DNA of 64,000 nt from Candidatus Latescibacterota bacterium (lineage in GTDB: Bacteria; Latescibacterota; UBA2968; UBA8231), in the NCBI GenBank assembly GCA_965223905.1, contig CBDCXV010000010.1, forward strand, positions 128,001-192,000. The letters are read 5' to 3'. The notes beneath the pieces were generated by a model. That model was not told the DNA's origin, did no database searches, and was given only the letters and a program-made list of their open reading frames with translations. Position 1 is the stretch's first letter. Each line of letters begins with the position of its first letter. Shown piece after piece: positions 47,375 through 56,393 of the stretch. Made by a program: the position numbers and the translations under genes.

Positions 47375-49144
47375 ATGGATTTGGATACAGCAAAAGCGAA
47401 TGAAAACATCCGCTTCGAGCCCGACGAGCTCCCTCCCCACTCGGTCGCGGCCGGGGTCGGATTTCAGGCCGCGGTCGTCGTCCTGGCGCCGGTGGTGCTC
47501 AGTGCCGTCATAATTGCCCGGGCAGCCAACCAGCCGGCGAGCTACCTGACCTGGGTCGCCTTTGCGGCGCTGATGGTCAGCGGCGTGAGCACGGTGCTGC
47601 AAGCGGTCCGGATCGGGCGTATCGGGGCGGGGCACGTGCTCATCATGGGGACCTCCGGAGCCTTCATCGCGGTCTGCATCACGGCGCTAGTGAAGGGCGG
47701 ACCCCCCTTGATGGCGAGCCTTATCGTCGTTTCGTCGCTGTTTCAGTTTCTCCTGGCGGCGCGGCTGTCGCTGGTGCGCCGGATCATCACGCCGGTCGTC
47801 TCCGGAACGGTGATCATGCTGATCGCAGTCACGGTCATGCCGGTCGTGTTCGACCTGCTGGGGGACGTTCCGGACGACACGCCTGCGGCTGCGGCACCGG
47901 CCGCGGCCGCAGCCACCCTCGCCGCCCTCCTGGTCCTGGCGCTGCGCGCGCCCGTGGCCTGGAGGCTATGGGCCCCGCTCATCGCCATCGTTGTCGGCTG
48001 CGCCGTCTCCGCCCCCTTCGGGCTGTACGACGTTCAGCCGGTGCTCGAAGCTGCCTGGATCGGTTTTCCCGACTACGCCTGGCCGGGACTGGACCTGTCG
48101 CTCAGCGCGGAGTTCTGGGCACTGCTGCCCGCGTTCGTGGTCGTCACCATGGTAGGGGCGATCGAGACCATCGGCGACGGCGTCGCCATTCAACGGGTCT
48201 CGCGGCGGCGCCCGCGGGCAACCGATTTTCGCCTCGTCCAGGGCGCTCTCAACGCCGACGGGGTGGGCAATCTGCTTTCCGGGCTCGTCGGCACGCCCCC
48301 CAATACGACCTACTCCACCAGCATATCCCTCGCCGAGCTCACCGGGGTCGCCGCCCGCCGCGTCGGCGTGTATATCGGCGTCCTCTTCGTGTTGCTGGCG
48401 CTGTCGCCCAAGGTGACGGCCCTCATCATCGCCATTCCCAACCCGGTTGGCGCCGCCTACGTAACCCTGCTGATAGGCATCCTCTTCGTGCAGGGAATGA
48501 AGATCGTCGTCGGGGACGGCCTCGATCACCGCAAGGCCGCGGTGGTGGGTCTCGCCTTCTGGATCGGCGTCGGCTTCCAGAACCGGGTGATCTTCGCCGA
48601 CCTGCTGGGCGGGACCTTGGGCACCTTGCTCGGCAACGGCATGACCGCCGGGGGGATCGCGGCGATCGCCCTGACCGCCTTCCTGGAGCTGACGGCGCCC
48701 CGGAGCCGGCGTCTCAAGGTCGAGCTGGCCGCTTCGGCGCTGCCGGAAATCGACGCCTTCCTGCGCGCCTTTGCCTCAAAAATCGGCTGGAAAGATCCGT
48801 CGGAAGGGCGGCTGCGCTCCGCGGGAGAGGAGACCCTGGCGGTCCTGCTGCAGCAGGCCGAAGAGGAAGACGCGGGCCCCGAGGGGCGGAGCCTGATCGT
48901 CACCGCCCGCCTGTCGGAGAAGAGTGTGGAGCTGGATTTCCTCGCCGCCTCGAGCGCCGAGAACCTCGAGGACCGGCTCGCCTACCTCAGCGAGCAGCCC
49001 GAGCTGGTCGACGAGCACGAGATCTCCTACCGCCTGTTGCGGCATTACGCCTCTTCGGTGCGGCACCAGAAGTACCACGACGTCGACATCGTCTCGGTGC
49101 TGGTCGAAGGCTCGCCCGAGTCCCGCCCGGAGCAGGGCGGATGA
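47375..49144 (+). CDS. NCS2 (xanthine/uracil) permease with extra C-terminal RsbW-like domain
   Basis: GVSTVLQ, MGTSGAF, TPVVSGTVIMLI, IETIGD, ADGVGNLLSG..PNTTYS; soluble tail of about 140 aa after about 48700. Confidence 0.85.
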   Translation: MDLDTAKANENIRFEPDELPPHSVAAGVGFQAAVVVLAPVVLSAVIIARAANQPASYLTWVAFAALMVSGVSTVLQAVRIGRIGAGHVLIMGTSGAFIAVCITALVKGGPPLMASLIVVSSLFQFLLAARLSLVRRIITPVVSGTVIMLIAVTVMPVVFDLLGDVPDDTPAAAAPAAAAATLAALLVLALRAPVAWRLWAPLIAIVVGCAVSAPFGLYDVQPVLEAAWIGFPDYAWPGLDLSLSAEFWALLPAFVVVTMVGAIETIGDGVAIQRVSRRRPRATDFRLVQGALNADGVGNLLSGLVGTPPNTTYSTSISLAELTGVAARRVGVYIGVLFVLLALSPKVTALIIAIPNPVGAAYVTLLIGILFVQGMKIVVGDGLDHRKAAVVGLAFWIGVGFQNRVIFADLLGGTLGTLLGNGMTAGGIAAIALTAFLELTAPRSRRLKVELAASALPEIDAFLRAFASKIGWKDPSEGRLRSAGEETLAVLLQQAEEEDAGPEGRSLIVTARLSEKSVELDFLAASSAENLEDRLAYLSEQPELVDEHEISYRLLRHYASSVRHQKYHDVDIVSVLVEGSPESRPEQGG

Positions 49145-49399
49145 ATGAGGGCAGTGACCGCAGGTCCCGGATCTGTCGGTGCGGAGTGCCGCGATAGCCT
49201 GAGTGCCTGCCCTGTGCCGGCATGTGCCCCGGCCACCCCCCCGGCCTTCTGTTGCAATCCGTTGCAAGCCGGGAACCGGCCGGCATGGGAAAGGCGGGCT
49301 GAGGCGCAGTCACGGCCCCGGCAACAAGTCGGCTGGCTCGAATCCCGGGTCCCGCGGCTGGACCCGGCCCTGAGGCTGGCGCAGGTGAAGCCGGAACCG

Positions 49400-50518
49400 C
49401 TACGAGCGGGACAGCCTGTGGGCGCGGTACGGGTTGCTGCAGGGCGGACCGTCGGCGACCTCCAGAGTGCCGGCGGAGACATCCATGACCACCGAGGCCA
49501 GGGTTTCCAGGACGAGCTCGTCCGGCTGGTCTTCCCGGTGCCGGCAGATCGATTCCGGCCGGTTCTCGTGATCGCGGAGAATGGCCTTCAGACGCTCGCT
49601 GCCCGCCTCCCCTTCCCCGATCAGCTCTCCGGCCCGCCGGGCGCGGTCGCAGAACCCGGGATACTGAACGGCCAGGCGGTCCTCGAGGCCGCGCTCCCGG
49701 GGAGGGCCGTCTTCACTGGCATCTGCAAAGACATTGCAATGCGACGCCCGCCCGCCCGGGGACGCGGCGACCACGGCGACGTCCGCGGGGCTCACCTCGA
49801 GCGAGGCGACCTTCCCCTCCCCCGAGCCCGGGGCACCCGGTTGCGCCATGGTGAAGTTGACCGAGGCTACCCGTTCGGCCGGCTCCAGAGTGCGGCGCGC
49901 CTCGTCGATGCTCGAGCAGTTGAGCGCGGCGCGCGCCAGCACCCAGACCGGCACCGCGGCCTCGAAGCGGTCGAGCTGCGATCCCATGGCGTTGGCGCAC
50001 AGGGCGAGGCCTTCGGAGTTGATCCCCTTGTGGCCGACGAACCCCGCCTCGACGTGGGTGAGGATGTCGGGGCGGTCCTCCTGCCGGACCTCGAGCAGAA
50101 TGCTGACCTCCCCGACCGGCACCGCCCAGTCCCAGTTCTGCCCGACCAGGGTGTGGCCGCTTTCGCTGGCCCGGGCGATTCCGAGGGAGGTGCATTCACC
50201 GCTTCCTGCCGGCGCTCCGGCGAAGAGGGTCGACAGCATGATCTCGTAGCGGCCGTTGACGATCAACACGTCGTCGACCGCGAGCCCGGAGCCGGCGGCG
50301 ATCCCCTCGATCTCGGTCAGAATCTCCGCGTCGAAATCCCCAATCTTCCCGGCGAAACCGGAGATGATCTCGATCAGCTCCCCCCGGGTGCGGCCGCTCC
50401 CCTTCTCCCACATGTCGACGTAGAACTCGACCCCCTTGCGGATGAGGGGGCCGGCCTGCTCGCCGTACTGGCGGCCGCGTTCGAACGCGCCGCCGCTGAT
50501 GGTCACTTTGCGGGGCAT
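49400..50518 (-). CDS. Peptidase C45 family (Ntn hydrolase / acyltransferase)
   Basis: RGRQYG, EIEGIAAG, N.RYE, ECTS nucleophile site, GQNWDW, GINSEGL. Confidence 0.88.
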   Translation of the reverse strand: MPRKVTISGGAFERGRQYGEQAGPLIRKGVEFYVDMWEKGSGRTRGELIEIISGFAGKIGDFDAEILTEIEGIAAGSGLAVDDVLIVNGRYEIMLSTLFAGAPAGSGECTSLGIARASESGHTLVGQNWDWAVPVGEVSILLEVRQEDRPDILTHVEAGFVGHKGINSEGLALCANAMGSQLDRFEAAVPVWVLARAALNCSSIDEARRTLEPAERVASVNFTMAQPGAPGSGEGKVASLEVSPADVAVVAASPGGRASHCNVFADASEDGPPRERGLEDRLAVQYPGFCDRARRAGELIGEGEAGSERLKAILRDHENRPESICRHREDQPDELVLETLASVVMDVSAGTLEVADGPPCSNPYRAHRLSRS

Positions 50519-50618
50519 CGTTCTTCTCCGGACCCCCGGACCTGCATTGAGCGGTCAATCAGGTTGTGGCCCCGCGCGCCCGGCCTGACTCCCCTGCACC
50601 TCGAATACGCGGACATCT

Positions 50619-50993
50619 CTACTCCTCCATCACCGTCTGCCTGTCCGCGGAGGAAAAGGAGATGAACAGGACCGCCTCCTCGGTTTCGGACAGGTTGCGG
50701 GCCTGGTGTGGGACTCCCTCGGGAATGGCGACGGTGTCCCCGGGGCCGAGCTCCGCGACCTCGCCTGCATCCAGGGTGTGGGAGATCCCGCCCGAAACGA
50801 CGACGAGCACTTCCGAGCAGTTGGGATGGTAATGCCGGAGATTGGCCTGCCCCGGTTTCAACCGCGCCGTGCCCACGGTCATCTCTCCCGAATTGCCCAG
50901 CGAGCCGCTGGCGTGCCAGCGCAGCTCTCCCCAGTCGAAATCGACGACCTCGCACTCGTTGGTGCGCAACACCGAAATTCCCGCTTCTTCCAT
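50619..50993 (-). CDS. Cupin domain protein
   Basis: HYHPNCSE..GDTVAIPEGVPH. Confidence 0.88.
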   Translation of the reverse strand: MEEAGISVLRTNECEVVDFDWGELRWHASGSLGNSGEMTVGTARLKPGQANLRHYHPNCSEVLVVVSGGISHTLDAGEVAELGPGDTVAIPEGVPHQARNLSETEEAVLFISFSSADRQTVMEE

Positions 50994-51159
50994 GACAGTC
51001 TCCTTTGCTTCAGCCCGTGGACAAGTTGTTCTGCAGGCGGGGCCCAGTCATGGCGGTGGAAGACAATACTCGCTGACCGCAGGGCCCGCCCCAGCCCGGA
51101 TGGGCTTCTTCAACGTGCTGTCGGGTCTGCTTTCCGCTGATAGCGGGCAGGCGTAGTAT

Positions 51160-53253
51160 ATGGCGGCTCCGAAACCGACACCACGCACACCCTCTCACAT
51201 GCCCAGGCTGCACACCTCACAGGAGCTGTCGCGGCTGCGCCGGCGCGCCTCGCAACCGGCCTTCGCGGCCGCGGTCGCCGGGCTGCGCCAGCGGACCGAC
51301 GACTTCCTCGCCGGCGAACTCCCAGTTCCCGAACGCTCCGCCGGCTTCTACCACGATTACTTCTGCCCCGAGCACGCCGTCGAGCTCACCTTCGACCCGG
51401 ACTCCCCCACCCGCCACCGCTGCCCGAGCGACGGCCGTCTCTTCTCCGGGGAGCCGTTCGATTCGGCCTGGCTGTGGTTCGTCAACAACCGCCTGTCGAA
51501 CATGGCGCTCTCCCTGGCGCTGCGCTGGTGCATCGACGCGGAACCGCCCCATCTCCGGCGCGCCGCGGAAATCCTGACCGGGTACGCCGCCCGTTTCGGC
51601 AGCTACCGTCCGCTGCGGCCGCGGGAGTTCGGAAACGGCAAGGCGACCTTCCAGTCCCTCGACGAGGCGGTCTGGCTGATCCCCCTGGCGAGGGCCTACG
51701 ACCTGGTGCGGGACGGCCTGGCGGAAAGCGAGAGGAACGAGGTCGAGGAGCTGCTCCTGAGACCCGCGGCGGAGCACATACTCGACCAGAAGTACCACCG
51801 GATCCACAACATCGAGAACTGGCACAACACCGCCATCGCCGCGGTCGGCCTGCTGCTCGGCGAGGAGCGCTTCCTGCGCATCGCCCTGGAGGAGGAAAAC
51901 GGCTTCCACCACCAACTCGCAGAAGGAGTGCGGGACGACGGGCTCTGGTGGGAGGGATCGTCGAGCTACCACTTCTACGCCCTGACCCCGATGATCGCCC
52001 TGGCCCAGGTCTGCGCAGGACGCGGTCTCGAGCTGTGGAACCACGAGCGCTTCGAGAAGATGTTCCGCGCCCCGATCGATATGCTGCTTCCCGGTCTCAG
52101 GCTGCCGGCCAACAACGACTGCTGGTTCTTTTCCAGCCTCGTCGCCGATGTCTGTCACGGGGTTCCGGCCGCGGCGGCCTTCTACGAGGTCGCCCACGCC
52201 TGGTACGGCGACCCCGCCTTCGCCTGGGTTCTCACAGAGAACTACCGGCACGGGAAGCGCGACTCCCTGGAGGCCCTGCTCCACGGCCGCGACGAGGTGG
52301 CCGAAGCCTCGGCCCCTTGCCTGCGCAGCGTCAACTTCGAGCCGACCGGATGCGCCCTGTTCAGGTCTCCGGGGCCGCTGGAAAAACAGGACTGCCTGCT
52401 GCTCAAGTACGGCCCCGACGGGGGCGGACACGGCCACCCGGACAAGCTCGGCACCTTCGCCTGCGCAAGGGGCATCGACCTCTCCGCGGATCTCGGCACC
52501 CCCGGGTACGGTATCGGGCTCAACGACACCTGGTACCGGCAGACGCTCAGCCACAACACCGCCATCGTCGACGGCTGCTCCCAGCCCCTCGCCGAGGGAA
52601 GGCTGGTCCGTTTCCAAAGCGGCGAACGCGACTTCGAGGTCGCCGACGCGGAGGTCGAATTCGACGAGCCGCCCTGGGAAGGGGTGTCGCTGCGGCGGGT
52701 CATCCTGTGGATGCCGGGGTACTACCTCGATTTCACCCGGGGGAGGTGCGACCGCGAAAGGCAGATCGATCTCCCCTGCCGCATGCGAGGGGGCGCCTTC
52801 GATGCCCGCGGCCTCGAGCCCTGCCCCGACCCGCCGCGGCTGCAGGGAGCGGGATACGAGCACGTGAGCGGGGCGCAGGTTTTCACCGCCCCCGGAGTGG
52901 CGGAGCTGCGCTGGCGACAGGAGACCGGCTCCACCGCCCTTCACCTGCCCGACGGAGGGGATTCCGAGATCATCCTCGGGCAGGTTCCCGGCAATCCCGC
53001 GGCCGACTGCAGCGCAATCGTCATCCGGCGGCGGCATGCCCGGGAAACCGCCTTCCTGTCGGTGGTCGAGCTCTCCTGCGAGGAGCGGCTGGAGGTGTCC
53101 CTCTGGCCGGGGGGCACTGATGGTTTCCGGGGGGTCGTGGTGAAACAGGGAGCGCGGCAGAGGGCCTGGGCGATCTGCGGGCCCGGATGCGAGCCGCCCC
53201 CGCTGCCGCCCGGGGCCGCCGGGACGACGACAATCGAACGCTACCAGCTGTAG
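51160..53253 (+). CDS. Alginate lyase / heparinase II-III family (PL17-like)
   Basis: QSLDEAVW, IHNIENWHN, DGLWWEGSSSYHFYAL, GHGHPDKL, HNTAIVDG; alternative start 51199. Confidence 0.82.
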   Translation: MAAPKPTPRTPSHMPRLHTSQELSRLRRRASQPAFAAAVAGLRQRTDDFLAGELPVPERSAGFYHDYFCPEHAVELTFDPDSPTRHRCPSDGRLFSGEPFDSAWLWFVNNRLSNMALSLALRWCIDAEPPHLRRAAEILTGYAARFGSYRPLRPREFGNGKATFQSLDEAVWLIPLARAYDLVRDGLAESERNEVEELLLRPAAEHILDQKYHRIHNIENWHNTAIAAVGLLLGEERFLRIALEEENGFHHQLAEGVRDDGLWWEGSSSYHFYALTPMIALAQVCAGRGLELWNHERFEKMFRAPIDMLLPGLRLPANNDCWFFSSLVADVCHGVPAAAAFYEVAHAWYGDPAFAWVLTENYRHGKRDSLEALLHGRDEVAEASAPCLRSVNFEPTGCALFRSPGPLEKQDCLLLKYGPDGGGHGHPDKLGTFACARGIDLSADLGTPGYGIGLNDTWYRQTLSHNTAIVDGCSQPLAEGRLVRFQSGERDFEVADAEVEFDEPPWEGVSLRRVILWMPGYYLDFTRGRCDRERQIDLPCRMRGGAFDARGLEPCPDPPRLQGAGYEHVSGAQVFTAPGVAELRWRQETGSTALHLPDGGDSEIILGQVPGNPAADCSAIVIRRRHARETAFLSVVELSCEERLEVSLWPGGTDGFRGVVVKQGARQRAWAICGPGCEPPPLPPGAAGTTTIERYQL

Positions 53254-53290
53254 CCGGGGAGGACCTGTTCATGGCTGAGGGAGGCCGCCA

Positions 53291-54358
53291 ATGAGAGCAT
53301 TCTTTTTCTGGGAAGACGGACGCGGCATCGCCATCAGGGGGCGCAGCAACCCCTACGCCGGGCTGCTGGGGCGCGCTCTCGAGAAGCGCGGCATCCATCT
53401 CGACGAGGGGCTGTACCGGTTCGAGCGGGAGTGGCTGGAGGAGGGCCGCGAGGACCACGAGGTCCTGCACCTGCACTGGCTGCACGGCTTCTACCGCACC
53501 GGGGACCTGCAGTCGACGATCGAGAGGTGCAACCGCTTCTGCGACACTCTCCGCTACGCCAAAGCGACCCTCGGGTACCGCATCGTCTGGACGATGCACA
53601 ACTTCTACCCGCACGAGCGCCCCTTCCCCGAGGTCGACCACCTCGCGCGGCTGTTCGTCGCCCGCGAGGCCGACGCCGCCATCGCCCACTGCCGCTACGC
53701 CGCGGAGCTCTGCAGGAAGCAGTTCCATTTCGAGGGGGAGGTGAACGTCATCCCGCACGGCAACTTCATCGACGTCTTCCCCGACGAGGTCACCCGCGCC
53801 GAGGCCCGGGAGCGGCTCGGCCTTCCGCCCGCTTCCTTCGTCTACCTGTTCTTCGGCAACGCGCGCACCTACAAGGGGGTCGACGCCCTGATCGAGGCCT
53901 TCCGCGAGATCGACCCGGACGACGCCGAGCTGTTGCTGATGATGCGCGCCTCCTTCAACCCGCAGTACGCGCAGGAGCTGCGCGACCTCGCCGCCGGGGA
54001 CGCGCGCGTGCGCATGCACACCTCCGACTTCTTCCCGGAGGAGGACTTCCAGGTCTTCCTCAACAGCGCCGACGTCGTGGTGATTCCCTTCTCCGAGGTG
54101 CTGACCTCCGGATCGACCATCGCCGCGCTGGGGTTCGGCAAGCCGGTGGTGCTGCCGGCTCGCGGCTGCCTGCCCGAGCTCATCGACGACTCCATGGGCA
54201 TCCTCTTCGACCCGGACCGCGAGGGGGCCCTGCAGGAGGCGATGCGGGAGATCAGGGATCGCGACCTCGAGGCGGCCGGACGCGCCGCCCGCGCCTGCGC
54301 CGAGAGCCTCGACTGGGAGGAGATCGCCGACCGCCACGCGAGCCTGTACAGGGGGTAG
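53291..54358 (+). CDS. Glycosyltransferase family 4
   Basis: NPY, LHLHW, WTMHN..PHE, IPHGN, FFG..YKG, TSGS..ALGFGKPV. Confidence 0.88.
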   Translation: MRAFFFWEDGRGIAIRGRSNPYAGLLGRALEKRGIHLDEGLYRFEREWLEEGREDHEVLHLHWLHGFYRTGDLQSTIERCNRFCDTLRYAKATLGYRIVWTMHNFYPHERPFPEVDHLARLFVAREADAAIAHCRYAAELCRKQFHFEGEVNVIPHGNFIDVFPDEVTRAEARERLGLPPASFVYLFFGNARTYKGVDALIEAFREIDPDDAELLLMMRASFNPQYAQELRDLAAGDARVRMHTSDFFPEEDFQVFLNSADVVVIPFSEVLTSGSTIAALGFGKPVVLPARGCLPELIDDSMGILFDPDREGALQEAMREIRDRDLEAAGRAARACAESLDWEEIADRHASLYRG

Positions 54359-54510
54359 CCGCGGAGCGGAGTCCGCGCCGTCCCCAAGAGTTGCCTGCCC
54401 GCCGTCGAGCCAGAAGTGGGCAGGTGGTCTCCCCGCAAAGCAACGCTCATCACCCGGTAACGCGGCCGTATCGATTTCAGTTCTTTCAGCTTACCGAAAA
54501 GGAGAATCGA

Positions 54511-55574
54511 GTGGACATCTACGAAGAGCTGGGAGTACGCACCCTGATCAACGCCGCCGGCGCCATGTCGCGCTAGGGGGGATCCCTGATGGACCCCGGG
54601 TTGTTCGATGTAATGCGCGAGGCGGGCGGGAAGTTCTGCATGCTCGACGAGCTGCACGAAAAGGTCGGGGAGCGCATCGCCGGCCTGCTCGAGGTCGAGG
54701 CGGCGTACGTGACCGCCAGCGCCGCTTCAGGCCTGGTGCTGACCACCGCCGCCTGCATGGCCGGCACCGATCCGGAGCGCATCGCGCGGCTGCCCGACAG
54801 CAGCGGGATGAGATCGGAGGTCGTCATCCAGCGGCTGCACCGCATCGGCTACGACCAGGCGATCCGCCTGGCAGGGGCCACCTGGTGGTCGTCGAGGACG
54901 ACGGGGAGCCTCCGCTCGGGGCGATGGGGGACGCGGTCGGCGGCGACACCGCGGCGATCTTCTGCATGGCCCACAGGCTCGAGGAGCCCGGGTCCCTGCG
55001 GATCGAGGATTTCGTCGCCCTGTCGAGGGAGTCGGGAGTGCCGCTCGTGGTCGACGCCGCCTCCGAGTGCCCGCCGATGTCGACGCTGACGAGGTCCTGC
55101 CGGGAAGGGGCGGACCTAGTGATCTTCAGCGGCGGCAAGAGCCTGCTGGGGCCCCAGTCGACCGGACTGGTGGTAGGACGGCGCGACCTCATCGCCGCCT
55201 GCGCCGCCAACGGCAACCCGTTCGCGACCGTCGGACGGCCCATGAAGGTCAGCCGCGAAGAGGTGATCGGCTTCCTGAAGGCGCTCGAGAGCTACCTCGC
55301 CCGCGACCACGAGGCGGACCGGGCGCGCTGGCAGGCCCAGGTCCGGCACGTGGAGGAGGCCCTTACCGGACTTCCCGGCATCGAGCTGCAGCACCTGGTC
55401 AAGTGCGGGACCTACACCGTCCCCCTGCTCGGGGTGCGCCCGCTGCCCGGCGCCGGGTTCACCCGCTCCGACATCTTCGCGGCCCTGCGGGCCGGGCACC
55501 GTCATGTCAGGGGACGCCTGCGATTGCAGCGGATTTTCCGGCATGGCTCAGAAGCGCAGCTTGGCGACTGCTGA
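54511..55574 (+). pseudogene. SelA-like/DgaE PLP enzyme: in-frame TAG, frameshift and 3' truncation
   Basis: IYEELGVRTLINAAG, TAG at 54574, GGSLM; frameshift about 54882; VVDAASE, DLVIFSGGK, GRPMKVSREE; homology ends about 55496. Confidence 0.85.
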
Positions 55575-55812
55575 TATTCCTCTCCCGGGGCTGGGAATCA
55601 GACCGACGGAGAATCGGCGGGATTCAGGAGGTTTGCGCGATAGTTCCGATGCTATCGTCGCCGAAGCGACCGGTAACAAAAGTGAAGCCGCTCCCCCGTT
55701 ACTTGCCCTGTTGTGCGCAAATCCAATTACAAACCCCAAAATGCTTGCAGCCAGAGGGTAAACGAACCGATCATGTCGATCTAGCAAACTCACCCCCGAA
55801 TGCGGATCCTTA
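55548..55812 (-). pseudogene. C-terminal remnant of the paralog family at 56394-58661
   Basis: GVSLLDRHDRF...RRFSVGLIPSPGRGISAVAKLRF matches the two upstream paralogs; no N-terminus. Confidence 0.75.
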
Positions 55813-55909
55813 CTCCCCGGATTCAGCGGTCCAGTTTATCGGTTGAAAAACTCGAGCCCCGCAGAACCAGCGGACCAACTGCTCCCGTTGCAGGACCGCA
55901 ATGTTAGGC
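55807..55909 (-). mobile_element. Degenerate integron attC-like site
   Basis: Minus strand: GCCTAAC overlapping the SRPBCC stop, imperfect internal palindrome, CCGCTGAATC, then GTAAGGA (one change from GTTAGGA); 103 bp. Confidence 0.5.
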
Positions 55910-56347
55910 GGTCAGGTGCTCGTCCAGAGAGGCGAGGCAGCCTTCCCATCCGCTCTGGTGACGGGCGCCGACATCCTCGGAGCTGAAACCTTCGTGGATC
56001 AGCTCGATCACCGTCCCCTTGCCGCTTCGGCGAAACTCGATGGTGACTGTTGAAACCTCCCCGTCCATGCTGGTCTGCTCCCATTCCCAGGTCATTACCA
56101 GCCTGCGGGGCGGGAGGATTTCCCGGAAAAACCCCTTGACGAACATGTGATCCCCGTCCGGCGCCTGCATCTCCAGGCGATAGACCCCGCCGACCTGGAG
56201 GTCGACCTCGGCGCTCGGCGTGGTGAATCCGGGCGGGCCCCACCAATCCATCAGCTGCTCCGGATCGGTGAAGGCGGCGAACACCGCATCCGGTTGCGCG
56301 GTTGTTTTGTGGGTCAGGCGGAGGGATATCGCGCCAGCCGCGGTCAT
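55904..56347 (-). CDS. SRPBCC/AHSA1-like domain protein
   Basis: VFAAFTDPEQLMDWWGP, DLQVGG.YR, PPRRLVMTW, HQSGW; RBS AGGAG. Confidence 0.9.
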   Translation of the reverse strand: MTAAGAISLRLTHKTTAQPDAVFAAFTDPEQLMDWWGPPGFTTPSAEVDLQVGGVYRLEMQAPDGDHMFVKGFFREILPPRRLVMTWEWEQTSMDGEVSTVTIEFRRSGKGTVIELIHEGFSSEDVGARHQSGWEGCLASLDEHLTA

Positions 56348-56393
56348 TTCAGGAAACTCCTGAATCGCACCGTATCGGGTTTTGCGGACATGC

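Noticed and set aside
54574-54576. In-frame TAG as pyrrolysine or stop-codon recoding
   Set aside because: The same gene also has a frameshift and truncation, and TAG terminates many intact genes in this window
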